A stretch of 63,798 nucleotides of DNA, counting the filler, from Licmophora abbreviata (taxonomy: Eukaryota), in NCBI GenBank assembly GCA_900291995.1. It is 10 parts of 10 records of this genome, joined end to end, with 100 filler letters (N's around TTAATTAATTAA, not from the genome) between each part and the next. Parts side by side here need not be neighbours in the genome. Positions count along the whole stretch, not along the records: positions 22,166 to 28,067 come from OLMU01003283.1; positions 28,168 to 36,332 come from OLMU01003284.1; 8 more parts are not named here. One strand, given 5' to 3'. This document shows positions 22,901 through 35,026 of this stretch, in pieces; the first letter of the stretch is position 1, and each line of letters begins with the position of its first letter. Under the pieces are notes generated by a model. That model saw only the letters and a list, made by a program, of their open reading frames with translations. It did no database searches and was not told the origin of the DNA. The translations under genes and the position numbers were made by a program.

Positions 22901-24460
22901 CAAACAGCGTGGCGATGTTTGATGACGGCGCCAACGATCCCTCCTTCAAGACTACCGCGCCTCTTGGCGACGACATGTCAACGTCTGTGTCATTGCCGCT
23001 ACTCCGTGCACTGGTTGGTAGTTGGCTCCGAGATGCGTTTATTGCGAACAACGAGGTTGCCGACGATATGCTTCACCACGTTTACCGGCTAGTTGCCAGT
23101 CCGGATCCTCTACTGAACGACCCCGCTCTTCATCGAGTCATTCATGGCCTGATGAAGAAAACCTTCCTCCGCCTTCTCGGCGAGCTCCAAAGACTAGGTT
23201 GCTCCATTGTGTGTGCCTCTTTCAACAAAGTCATCGTTGCAACCAACAAGTCTTCACTGGGCGAAGCGGAGGAATACGTCAATTTCGTCATATCCACGAT
23301 TCGAAGCCTAAGCCAATCCGAGGACGGCGCATCTTCGGGCGGCGGACTAGAGAGAGTAGCAATGCGCCCCAGCTGCTTCTACTCCCAGTTCGTCTTCCTT
23401 GACGAGTATAACTTCGGCGGAATGTATTTGGAGAGGAAAGATCCGACCGAAGAGGACCCAGAGAATCTTCTGAGCGAAGAAGATGTGAACGGCGAGAAGA
23501 CCTACGTCGTCTCATCAGTACTCAGCAGCTGGAGCATGCGGAATTATCTTGCAAGCGACATTGCCCAGGAGTATTTTCGGATTATTATTGGCAGGTTTTC
23601 CAAAGACGTCCTGAGAAAGCAGGAGAAGCTCCGGAATGTTGGCGGCGACCTCATGCTTAGCGCTGAGACAGCAGATGCGATCTTGCAGTACAAGAAGAAG
23701 CTTGTCTCCAAGCATTTTGCCTCTTACATGACTCGCGCTGTTGGAGAAATAACCAAGGACGGTGGAGGGCCGGAAAGTTTTCCTCGTTTGCCAGGCTCGC
23801 AAGTGAAGTTCACCAATCCTGCTCTGGAGTTTGTCAAGAGTGTTATCGCTGTGTTGGAGCTCGACAAAGACGTGCAAAACGAAGTTCATGCCCTCAAGCG
23901 CAGTCTTCTTTCTCAGATTGGGGTCGCCGAATACTCGGTTGCAGCGAAATGGGAGAATCCATGCGCACGCTTCATTTTACCCGACGTCTTCTGCACAGAG
24001 TGCAACGAAAGTCGAGACGTGAACTTGTGCGATTTGCCTGCCTCAGAAGACGAGAACGCTGCGACGAAGGTACGTGATGCTTCGATCCGCTGTGGATTTT
24101 ATCAGTTACACCTTACGCAACAGTCACTAACAATCGGTCAAATTCCCTTTTCAGAGGCACTGGGCCTGCGAAGATTGCGGGATGGCGTATAATATCGATG
24201 ATATCGAACGCCGTCTAATTTCTATCGCAGAACGAAAGATGCTGCGCTATCAGATTCAAGATCTACGATGCAAGAAGACGAATAGTGTTGGAACGCGAGC
24301 TTTGTCCATGCAATCGGACTGCTCCGCTGAGCTCAAGCTCGACGTGCCGAGAAACGACGGCTTGCTGGAAGCTACGGTGTTGCTCGACCTCGCTGAATAT
24401 CATGACTTGGAGTGGCTGAAGGAAACGAGCGAGGGCATGTTGGATCACTTCAAGAGGTAA
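16937..24460 (+). CDS. POLE: DNA polymerase epsilon catalytic subunit; introns 17198-17313, 18904-18983 and 24070-24154; spans two assembly spacers
   Basis: Exonuclease [15 protein letters not shown] and [10 protein letters not shown]; polymerase [39 protein letters not shown]-terminal Cys motifs (CTEC, CEDC, QDLRC). Splice sites restore the frame. Confidence 0.98.
20677..20776. other. Artificial assembly spacer N44-TTAATTAATTAA-N44
   Basis: Six-frame stop linker. The flanks duplicate 24 nt (CTGACTGGCTCTATAGCAAGGTTC). Confidence 0.97.
22066..22165. other. Artificial assembly spacer inside POLE
   Basis: Same 100-nt linker; POLE coding sequence continues on both sides. Confidence 0.97.
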
Positions 24461-24530
24461 AACGAAGTTAAAGTGTACCGGCAACTGCGTATTGAAAATC
24501 ATGACTAGTATTTCAGGGCACTGGCTAGTT

Positions 24531-27500
24531 TCATCTTTCTTTTGAAGTCCAGTAGGGCGCCACAGGATATGTCTGCATGAATTGCTTCACATGACCGATA
24601 TCGTCATAACTCGACATGACTCCCGGCTTGCCCAAATTCTCCTCGTACTTGTCTCTCATCTTTCGCCCGTAGACACGGGAGGACATAGCCCTCCGCCGAG
24701 GCGAGTCGGCCAGAAAGTACGTGTCGAAGAACTTGAGAATTTGCTCCTTCAATTCAGCTGAAGATTTCTTCGGCTTTCCGCTGGATATGTGAGACAGTAG
24801 CTCGTCGTCTCCGTCCTTCAACAGCAGCTCCTCAGCAACACGTTCCTGGCGATCAAATGGAGGAGATTGTTTCATTCTTTCACTCAACGTCTCTGTAAGG
24901 AGGATGTCTCCCCAAAACCTGGACACTTCCTGAGATAGCCTGGTGTCTCTCTCCAAAAGCTGAGCCACGACAGCTCTGGCCTCCATTGCAATATTCTCGG
25001 GGTCCATCACCTCAAGCTCGTCTCGGAACTGTGCAATCCATGCCTCACACCGCTCTTCAAGGATTGCCGGCTCAACGGTGCTACTCTGGACCACAACCGC
25101 CATTGCCCAGGAACCGCCTGTGGACTTTCGACCATAGGCGCTGACAATGTAACCTAGCTGCTCCCTTGTCCTCAACTGATTGTATGCAGAGTTGTAGGCG
25201 ATATGGGAGATGAGATCGAGAATCGCTACTCCCTCGAATCCCAAGTATGAGTCACATCCACATTGCAGCAGAAGCTCAACGCAGCTGTTGTCCTCGGATT
25301 CACTACTGGCTAGCTCTTGATATATCAACGGAGCCTTTCTCGTTGCCACTTCCTCCCCAAAAAGCGACACAGCTTCGGAATTCGTCGGAAGCTGCATAGC
25401 TTGGAATACCGGAGTTTCCTGTTCGAGCAAAGGCCGCGTCGCTTTCAGCAAGTTTCTATCAACGACCCGAGCAACTTCTTTCGCGCCGGTTTCATCGATG
25501 TTTCCAATGCAAAGCGCCTCTGTCTTGACTCGGCCCAGCATGCTCTCCTCAGCAACACGGGCACACTCTTCCATCGTCAGCGGGTTCTTGTCAGCGAGTT
25601 TGCCCTCCATCTCAGCAATGTAATTACTCAAGTACCAGACATCGTGTTCTAGGACAAGTCTCGAGTTGTAGCTCGCCACTTCGTAGGGACTGTCGAGTCG
25701 ATAGTTCTTTGTCTCCCGCAAAAGACTCTGCCGCGCTTTCTCGAATTTCAAAGCTAGACCAGGATGAGCTGCTGCTCCCTCTTTCATCTCTTGAATGAGA
25801 CTCAGAATTCTGGTCGTCAGTGTATCAAACAGTAGCGGAAGCTTTTCAGAGTAGCCCTTTACAGACACACGCCACCCAGTAGGCACACAGCTGACTCTGT
25901 AGTTGCACCCCGCCACACTGGCATCGTAGACGTAGCAGTTCAAGTCATCGTTCAGGACCCGCTGGAAGAGTCGGCTCAGGGTCATCGTACGGGGTGATTG
26001 ATAAACTCCAGGAGACAAAATTGACAACCGAATGATGGTCTTCGGTACTTTCCACTTTGCATCCATCTTGTGCCACATGCGGAGCTCGGGACGAGAGATG
26101 AGCAGCCGGGGAGGGGAACTGCTAGATTCATCTTCTCGCCCCTTGGAAGTGACTTCTCTATTATCTGCGTCCTCACAACGCAAGGTGAAATCTTTCGGAA
26201 TATATTCGTTTAGTGCTGGAAGATGGAGACGAGGATCAATCTCCGCCGCAGACTTCCATCGCCCGAGCCTCTCTTCAGAAATGGTCGAGTCCTTGTACAT
26301 GGCCCCATACCACGGTTCCGTTTTCCAATCGTCGCCTTCCGCCTTCAGATCGGGGTCAACAATCGATATCAACGCATTCTCCATGCGGTCGAGAAAGGCA
26401 CTCGCAACGGCAGCATCATATTCTCCAGTATAAGTAGTGCCCGCTAGAATTTCGGCAGGCTCATAGTCAAACATCAGCTCCGCGGCCGAGGAGCAAAAGT
26501 CTGTAGGATCACCATTCTCGCGGAAACGAAAGCCAACTTTGCTGATTTCGCGCAACTCATTGTGATAGTCTACCATCTTACCGTCCTCATTGGCCTGTCG
26601 AATGAGAGCGATCCATTGAAAGACAAAATCAAGCACCCGATCTCTCTGCGCCATTCCCTTGGGAGTGAGACTCAACGTCAAGCTAAACAAGCTGAAATCT
26701 GACGTGTCAATTCCGACTGGGGAGAAGACAAAAAACAAGCACGACGATAAGTCGTAACAACTCAGGCGTCAAGAAATGACTCGATCAATCATACGTACTT
26801 CCGGACGTCAGTCCCATCAACAGTCCTTCCTCGTTTAGCAGAGCATGCAAGCTTCCCGGTGATTCGTGTCCCAGCAAGTGCGAAATGACGCGATATGGTC
26901 TCGATTCCTTCAAGACGGGATCATCCAAGGGCGGTGTAGAAAAGTAAATCTTGATAGCCCTACTTTCTTGCAACGGAATGCTTTCTCGAATCTTGCCCAC
27001 TTGATCCTTTCCGAACGCAGCGATCCCTCCATACTGCGCATGCTCCAAGGCAAACGGAGACGAGAGAGTCTCATCCTTATGGTTTTCCCGTAGCTTACCA
27101 CGCCGTGGTGGCGCATCCGAGTAGGGCAAGAGCCCAAAGGTCTCCTCCACGGCCGCTTGCAGCGCATCCAACGACGTTCGTCCGACAACACACAACCTCA
27201 AATTCGTCGTCACATAATGCTCCTTCCAAAACTGCTGCAAGGCCCCCTGATCCGGCGAGGTACTCCCGGTTCGGAAAATGTCCCATTGACAATCCTCCCA
27301 CCCTGCGTGAGTGTTTCATAGTTGCCACATCCAAATTTGGCAAAGGGGTGGTTTGGATTGGCGGAATGTTTCAAAAGTTGATACTGGCGCCAAGCATCGC
27401 TTGTAAAGGAATTCCGATACTCGCTGTCCACGGCACGCAGCTCCCGTTCGACCATGCTGGAGTCAAAGACGGGAGCAATGAAGAATTGGGCCAAGCGATC

Positions 27501-28385
27501 GAGGGAGCCAACGAGGGCTTCCGAAGCAGCAGCAGCATCATCCTGTTCTTCTTCGTTCTTGTTTCCACTAGTAGAAGCAGTGCTCTTGTCGTCTTCACCC
27601 TCTTGATGAGGAGTTATACTAAAGTAATAATTGGTATCTTCCATATCCGTATATGCATTCGAAGACCCCCCATGCTGATTCAAGAAGGCCTCATATTCAT
27701 TCTCATCTGGATACTTCTTTGTCCCCAGAAAGAGCATGTGCTCGTGAAAGTGTGCGAGCCCCGGAAAGTCCTGGGGGTCGTCCATGTGTCCGGCTTGCAC
27801 GTGGACGGCACCCGCCTCCACGTCACTGTCGGGGGCACTGACAAGGAGGACCTGCAGATTGTTGTTCAGACGAATGGAACGGTAGGAACGTCGATCCGGA
27901 TCGGGCTTGAGGAAGTCCTCATCGTCTGCAAGAAGCGTAGTAGTAGTAGTAGTATAGGAAGAAGGCGATGATGTTTCGGAAAATGTCGTTTCTTCTGAAG
28001 TCGTGGTCGTCATAGACAAGCGACTGCTGCTAGGTGAAGTAGTAGGCTCTACTACTCCTTGTACGAGNNNNNNNNNNNNNNNNNNNNNNNNNNNNNNNNN
28101 NNNNNNNNNNNTTAATTAATTAANNNNNNNNNNNNNNNNNNNNNNNNNNNNNNNNNNNNNNNNNNNNACGAGTAGGGATGGTAACCGTGATGACTTGTTG
28201 TCACCCCCAGCACCACCACGCACACGCCTGACTGCTGGAAGACTCCACTGGACAGACGAACGCCGACGGATGCTACTGACAAAGGCACTGGTCAGCATCA
28301 GTGGTGGTGTAGTACTGCTTGTCGTTGCCAACAAAATGGAACCGAACAGAACGAACGACGACATGCTACGTTGTGCCGTCCTCAT
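24531..28385 (-). CDS. M16A insulinase / IDE-like zinc metallopeptidase with a putative bipartite plastid presequence; intron 26798-26717, frameshift ~27270, spans a spacer
   Basis: DPDRRSYRSIRLNNNLQVLLVS, GLAHFHEHMLFLGTKKYP (HxxEH), NAYT, ERELRAVDSEY, SHLLGHESPGSL, YNQLRTREQLGYIV. The N-terminus is hydrophobic followed by TSAF. Start codon is uncertain (28385 or 28364). Confidence 0.92.
28068..28167. other. Artificial assembly spacer
   Basis: Linker with a 5-nt flank overlap (ACGAG); merging the overlap keeps the insulinase frame (LLVQGVVEP). Confidence 0.95.
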
Positions 28386-28897
28386 GTAGACTACGGACTG
28401 TCTCAATCACGGTCTTTCGTTACGTGAAAATTCTTGCAGAGCACTCTTTCGTACAATACTATGCTATGCAACACTCGCCACTGCATCCACACACCGCTGA
28501 TGATTGTTATTATGATAGTGATGAAGGATGTTTGCGATGTTGTGTGTGTTTGTTGACTCGCTGTGCTACAGGTGTGCTGTTCCAGCTGTCCGCCGACGAC
28601 ACAGAACGAGAGAAGGAGTACTCCGAGTACGTAGTACTGATGGGAGGACAGACTGCATAGGGCTGTAAGATGTGTCTGTCTGTGCTCCGTTCAGGATCAT
28701 CCCATGTTACACAACATAACTCTCATCTCTGTCTCCAACTCATTACATTGTGCCTTCCCATCGTCGCATGGTACACACAACTTAGACGACCGTATGAATA
28801 CAGTCACACTCGTACCCTACTCTAGTAGAGACTCTCTTACTCTACTACCAGAGTGTATCCTAAAAGTACGTTGTGAGCCAGGAAACGTGTCAAACTG

Positions 28898-30604
28898 TTA
28901 CAGTTTCGATCGCACAAGGCCTCCATTCTTCCTATTGTCTCGTTGCAGCTTCACTCTCGCTTCTTTCACAATGACCCGGTGCACTCGCCCAGCTGCAACC
29001 GTACACGGCACTACGGCGAATAAGTAAATAAGGTTGGGGAGAAAAAAGTCTCCCTGCACCCCCGCCAGTCCATTGAGCGGAATGTTCATGAAACTCGCCA
29101 CGCCACCCACCATGGCAAGGAAGCCCGTTCCTCTTCCAACCACATCTGCCGAAAGCAAGGATGGCAAAAAGGAAAAGGTCGTTGCGTATAAAAAGCATCG
29201 GACGGCAGCCACCATGAGAAAGGTCACGACCTGTAGGTGCAGACTCGTGCTGGTGCATTTGATCATAATGTACACGAAATTGATAGCATTGACGGCCTGA
29301 AAGGCAACCCCAAAGCCGTAGGTTTGAACGATCCAGTCGACGAGCGGAAGAGCGAGAATCGAGGCAGGTTGCATCAGAGTGAAAATCTTGAGGTAGGTGC
29401 CGTCGTCCCCGAGACCCGCCAAAAAGTCTGCCGCGGTAATGAGAGACCAGTTGCAGGAAATCATGCTCAAGGAAAAGAATATATTGAGCATGATGAATGG
29501 CAATGAGAGAAGCTGATCATTGGCAGATCGTTCCGACAATAGAACGTAATCATCATCATCATCATCGGTATGTTCCTCTTCCGTTTCATCCTCAGGGAGC
29601 ACTTCTTCTCGAATGGACCCGTACATGACCGATGGCGGATATTGCTGCTGTCCACTCAGTGTTGCACTTGTCGTCGACGACGAAGTGGCGAGACTTCCAC
29701 GACGAGAAGTCACAACATCCTTCAAGAGTGAATAGTCCATTTTTGATTCCATAAAGAAACGCAGACTTGTCGACACGGGTGCCGTCGTTTCCGACTCGGC
29801 ACCATCCAACACTGTTGCTCCGTAGTGTTGTTGTTGTTGCAAACGCTCCATCTCTGCCGTTATACTCAATGGTTGATCCTCTTGATGCTCCGTTTGAGGA
29901 ACCGCCACTGTCCACAGATAGCTTGCGGGCACAAAGAGTAGGACCGAAGCGAAAAAGTACAGCGTCGCCACCGTGGCAAAGGTGACATGAAAGTACTCTT
30001 GAATCATCCAAAGGAACAAGTAAGAGACGCTGCCAGCATCAAAGAGCGTATTCAACCACATGATGATGCGAACTTGAGTCCGACCTTGAAAGTAGAGACC
30101 AACTTGCACGGACAATAGGGAGCCAGTAAAGGTCGTGAGACCCAAGAGTGCAAAGGCTATCCAGTAGAGCCAACTGATGTTGTGGTAGGTCGCAGCGACG
30201 ACCAGGAGACCTGATCCGAGCATGGCGCATAGGCTCATACCATAAGATACCACAGATGCACCATACTCATCAATGGCATGGCCAATGATTGGTGTGACAA
30301 TGGAGAGTGTCGTTGCCAAAAATCCCATGTTGACAAGAATCTGTCTCTGTGCTGGACACGCTACTTCACCATCACTAGCACTAGTAGCAGTAGTAGTAGC
30401 AGTAGTACCAGTCGATGATGACGGAGTCATGGTGGTACAATAGTTTGCAAAGGCACCACTGCCTTCCAGCAAGCGTTGCATCGGACCCCATCCAAAGAGA
30501 GCCCCCACAAAGACAAATGTGTACAGACTGGCAAAGACAGCCAAGCCATGTCTGGCAAGAAACTTCTTCTTGTCGTTGTTGTGGTCTTGTTGTTTGGGTG
30601 TCAT
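28898..30604 (-). CDS. MFS transporter, SLC43/LAT3 (FMP42)-like amino-acid transporter
   Basis: About 12 hydrophobic segments, GALFGWGPM in TM1, C-terminal half with GRGTGF, and a long central loop. Confidence 0.85.
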   Translation of the reverse strand: MTPKQQDHNNDKKKFLARHGLAVFASLYTFVFVGALFGWGPMQRLLEGSGAFANYCTTMTPSSSTGTTATTTATSASDGEVACPAQRQILVNMGFLATTLSIVTPIIGHAIDEYGASVVSYGMSLCAMLGSGLLVVAATYHNISWLYWIAFALLGLTTFTGSLLSVQVGLYFQGRTQVRIIMWLNTLFDAGSVSYLFLWMIQEYFHVTFATVATLYFFASVLLFVPASYLWTVAVPQTEHQEDQPLSITAEMERLQQQQHYGATVLDGAESETTAPVSTSLRFFMESKMDYSLLKDVVTSRRGSLATSSSTTSATLSGQQQYPPSVMYGSIREEVLPEDETEEEHTDDDDDDYVLLSERSANDQLLSLPFIMLNIFFSLSMISCNWSLITAADFLAGLGDDGTYLKIFTLMQPASILALPLVDWIVQTYGFGVAFQAVNAINFVYIMIKCTSTSLHLQVVTFLMVAAVRCFLYATTFSFLPSLLSADVVGRGTGFLAMVGGVASFMNIPLNGLAGVQGDFFLPNLIYLFAVVPCTVAAGRVHRVIVKEARVKLQRDNRKNGGLVRSKL

Positions 30605-31005
30605 TTCCGGTTCCAAAGAACGAGAGCAAGTGTTATAGGTACACGACGACGAGGATATCTTCTCAGCTACTAGATGAGAGGGTTTGATCTTTTGTTCTGG
30701 AAAAAAGTAAGAGTCTCAGTAGACTACACACCATCATCGATAACAGAACGACAGTGTGATGAGCATGGTGTACAGAAAACAAAACGCGTTCCAAACTTCC
30801 AAACTGCCGAGGAAATGTCGGAAGATGCTTGCGGCATCTGCATATGGCGCGACAGTCTGACCGGCGTACCAAAACGTGTGACGGCATGAGACAAAACGAC
30901 CATGACGAAATTGAAAATAGTCGCGCCGTTGTACAGTCCCAGGCATCAATCATCACCATCATCATCATCCTTACGGTCGTCGTTCGCACCGTCGCTCACA
31001 CCACC

Positions 31006-32295
31006 ATGTCGGCATCTCTTTCCAAGTCAACCTCCTACTGGAAACAAGAGATTGCCAAAGAAGAACGTCTCATACGAATTTACAAGGCAGAGCTAGGACG
31101 ACTACTATCTTCATCCGTATTAGAAGTGCAGCGTTCGTGTCAAGGCAATGATGAGGAAGTTTCCAATGTCTTGACGGCGTCGAGCCTTTTAGATCAAACT
31201 AACGATACAACTGATACTGACGACGACGACGATGGCTAGTTGGAACAAACCTTGGAGGCGCTTCAGTCCAGCCATACTACTACTACAACGACGAGGAGTA
31301 GTACTAGTATTAGTACTGCCGGTGGTAGTACACCACTTGCTGCTACTGCGACAGAGAGTCGCAAGAATGATCCATCAATCCAAGGAGACGACTCATCGTT
31401 CCATGTTCCGCTTGACACGCAGTGGCAAGATGATCCAGACTTATACAGGCTCTTACCGCATTTGGGCGGTATTTCCGTGATGAATATTCAAAATGTCACC
31501 GTACCAATAACAACAACCACCACCAGCAGCAGACTACAACGGCGATCCTATCAAATGCAAGGTCGGGTCTGTGCGGTGGCTGCTACACCGCTGGTCTTTT
31601 CCGTAACGTTGACCGTCGAACTGCCTGAAAATAGTAATGACGGCGACGACTCCCATTCCGCTCGAGTCATGGACCTCCAAGCTGACTTTCTGCCACACGC
31701 TGCTACTACTGCTGCGACTCGTCTTTTACAAGTAGAATTGTCGGAGATTTCCAAGGTGGCAGCCGAAACGTGCAGTTTGCCCTTGTTTGTTCGTCAATTG
31801 CAATCACTGGCGGAATTGGAGTACCGGCGAAGTTTGTTCTTGTCGACACTGCAGAATGAGGAGCTTGCACATTCGGCATGGACGTTGGAACGACAGTCTG
31901 CTCATGTAGTTGCGATAGTGAAGACAAGAAAAGACGACACTCATGATGATTCAGCAGCAACAATAGAGGGGCAGTCTTCTCTTGTGTTGGAGTGGAAGTG
32001 GCATGTTGCCTGGCATACTCCTCGTGGCCATGAGGAACTTTCGGTCGTGGACGTGGTCGTTCCTCCTTCTTTGAATCTACCAGAGCAACATGATGAGCAC
32101 ACTCGACAACGGCGACAAGGCATCAAAGAGATACTGTGCAATCCGCAGGGGCTAAAGGATCTCCTCACGTGCACTCACGGTAGTGTGGAAGATGTAATCC
32201 GTATCTTGGTCCAGACCCTCGTTGGAGCGCCGTCAAGAAAACGATCATCGGCAACACATCATGACGAAGAGGATCAAGACGACGAGCAATACTAA
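31006..32295 (+). CDS. Probable divergent centromere protein P (CENP-P/Ctf19)-like protein, interrupted by an in-frame TAG at 31237-31239
   Basis: N-terminal coiled coil, then LGGISV, RSYQMQG, FSVTLTVE, RVMDL, ELSEI..AET.SLPLFVRQL..LEYRR..F, LVLEW and GLKDLL...VEDVIRILVQTL, in the same order as in CENP-P as I recall it. Confidence 0.55.
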
Positions 32296-32498
32296 TCTGT
32301 AGATGAAGAAAAGCAAGCACCCTACTAATACTAAGATAGGGTAGGACTACCATTATATTCATCATTCATCAATTCTGCAGCGACCAGTTCCGTTCTCTTT
32401 TTGCCTCTACTACGAGTAAGTAGTAAGTTGGCATCACTTTCCTCCTCTTTCTTTCACATCAAGCGTCCAGCAGCACTAGCTACAACACGGGGTCTTGC

Positions 32499-33423
32499 TC
32501 AATCCTTGTTCTTCGCTCGAAGAATCAAAGGAACCAGAATGACCAAGAGGATACCAACAATCAATCCGCCCAGCAGCAGTGTCATTTTAAGATTCTTCCA
32601 TGCCATTTGCTTTTTGAGGTCCTTGCTGTTCTTCTTGAAGACTTCGGCTTGTTCGTTGAGCTGATCACTCTTCTCGGCAAGAGTCTCTGCCTTCTCGGTA
32701 TTCTTGAGCATGCTACTAATATTGTCTTGCATCTGTCCTTTGACGGCATCCACCTTGCCCAAGACGATACTGGCCTTGTCGATCTTGGCAGAATCTTCGT
32801 ACTTTTGACAGACAGTCGAGAGAGTGCTGGATGCCTTCTTGGAAAGGCCGTTGGCGGCGATCGTCTTGGCCTGATCGCCAAACTTGTCGGTAAAGGTGGT
32901 GTAGAGCTCGTTCAACATGGAAATGGCCACTCGGGAAGGATAGCTGAGACCCGTGATGACAGCGAGGCCTGTACGATAGAAGCAGCAGGAACGAGAAAGG
33001 AGATAAGCGGTGCCAAGCACATTCGGCAAGACGACAAGAAACAAGTCGTGAGTAAGTCGTGAATACGAAATGCGAACGCATTTTGATATATTCCACAGCG
33101 CCATTTCCCTATTCCAACCACTCTATGTACTCACAAATGCCATCCGGATCACTGCCGTAGACCACTTGATGGACGTCGCTCTGGACGACCTTGAATCCCC
33201 CCAGCGTGTTGGCTTGCGTCAAGCCCCCGGGTGGGTCAGAGCCAATGATCTTGGCGACAGCTTCGGCGTAATTCTTGTCACGACCGCCGTACAGAGCCCC
33301 GTCGTCCGCACCGCCGCCATGGGTCTCGTACTGCGAGGCGTGGTCGTATTTCGCCACGATGGTCGGACTGCCGTCGCTTTCCATGCGATACACCAGTGCA
33401 CAACGGACTTTAGAGTCTGTCAT
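32499..33423 (-). CDS. VAMP7: Longin R-SNARE (VAMP7-like synaptobrevin); exons 33423-33135 and 32968-32499
   Basis: GT-AG intron 33134-32969. Longin domain (CLAVIT...YPSRVA), SNARE coil VDAVKGQMQDNI...EKAETLAEKSDQL, WKNLK and a C-terminal TM. Confidence 0.88.
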
Positions 33424-34255
33424 GTTGCAAGATAGAGATACGGGTCGGGTGATGAAGAAGAGAGAGTGTCTTTGTGTGTCGAGAGAGTGAGCAACTCCAC
33501 GACACTAGGCTTGAAAAGTTTTTGCTCGCTTGCGCAGGATTCACAGTAGCAAAGTACGTGCGAGGTTTGATAAACGGTAAACTTGGGTCATTTTGAGTTT
33601 GCGTTCCATTTGCATACGAACCGTTGAGTCTTACAGAAAGGTTTAGCATCCGAAATAGCTCTTCGAATGTTGAAAATTGAAAATTCATAATTCAAACTTC
33701 GGACTTCCTTGGAACTTCCAAAAGACAGGGACGATGCTCGTCGTACGAGTATCGATGATGTTGGCACGGGGTCAATGAGAAAGATTGAAAGCCATCACGA
33801 TTGCTCGCTTGATAACACTGTAATGCGAATCTCCTGAGAATAGCGTTGATTCAGGAGCAACAAAGGAACACTACTAGACGATGGACCAATGACGACGACG
33901 ATGCGATACCACCACACTCCTACCGGTATGGTGCACGCGCACCTCACAGTGCTGGACTGCGACGACGACCCTCAGGACTCGAGTCGCATCTACGGAAATG
34001 TATTCTTATGTACGAAGATGAGCACTGCAACTGCAACGCTCCGGAATAGAAGATCACCCCAGATCGCGATTCATTCACCACCTTCGACTTCTACTTGGTT
34101 TTAAAGCCTAGTCTACGTCTTCCCGGCAGACTCCTCGTAAAATCCATCAATCCATGTGCTGGAATCATCCGAACAAGCCCAGCGAAAACACCCACCAGGT
34201 AATGCTGATCATGCGTTCATTCTCTTCGAAACTACTACTCTGCTTGATACTTCAC

Positions 34256-35026
34256 TTACATGACTGATGTTCCTGGAGTCGCGACAGTGCCATCATCATT
34301 ATTGTCATCACCACCAACATCCTTGCCCGATCCGACGATGACGACAAGACGCGGGACACTAATACTGGTGCGTTGCTCCGACGACGACAAGAAATCCACC
34401 AGTTCCTTGGTCACATGCGGATGTTCCTTCAACAGTTCCAAAGGCAACTTTCCATCGTCACCACGATGCGACAGGGCAGATGGGTACTGATCGACAAGCA
34501 TCTTGACAATGCTCACGTTGCGATTCAGAAACGAAGATCCACACGCCAGATGTAACGGCATCCAGCGACGATGGTCCAAGGAGGACAGCAAGTCGGGAGC
34601 AACAGCACGAAGGACCTCGAAGACTTCCACACCGCAATCGTTCGCCACAGAGTAGTGCATGGCAGTTCGCTGGAGTGTGTCACGGACCGTCACCATGGCA
34701 TTGTCGCGACGAATCAAGTAGAGAGTGATCTTGGGATGGTTGTGATGCATCAAACAGACGTGCAGAGGCGGACGCTGGTATCCAGTTTCACGCATGCGAA
34801 TACTGTCCGGGTAGACGCGAAGCAACTTGCGAATGACGCGGAGAGGAGCACGACGACTCAAGGCAGCGTGAAGAGGCAAGCCACTGCACTTGGTGCCGTA
34901 GGCGTCCGTCAAAGAAGGGATCTCGCTGAGCTTGCGACACTCTTGGGGGTGCGAGTCGATGCGTCCAATGACGCGTTCCCAGGCGTCCTTTTGGATGAGC
35001 TTGTGGAGTGCCAGGGAAGAAAACAT
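34256..35026 (-). CDS. Ankyrin-repeat protein (diatom-expanded LPLH type)
   Basis: Repeats GLPLHAAL, RPPLHVCL, RTAMHYSV, WMPLHLAC, GKLPLE. Start uncertain. Confidence 0.8.
   Translation of the reverse strand: MFSSLALHKLIQKDAWERVIGRIDSHPQECRKLSEIPSLTDAYGTKCSGLPLHAALSRRAPLRVIRKLLRVYPDSIRMRETGYQRPPLHVCLMHHNHPKITLYLIRRDNAMVTVRDTLQRTAMHYSVANDCGVEVFEVLRAVAPDLLSSLDHRRWMPLHLACGSSFLNRNVSIVKMLVDQYPSALSHRGDDGKLPLELLKEHPHVTKELVDFLSSSEQRTSISVPRLVVIVGSGKDVGGDDNNDDGTVATPGTSVM

Noticed and set aside
33490..34250. Short ORFs in the VAMP7-ankyrin intergenic region
   Set aside because: No recognisable domain or splice structure.
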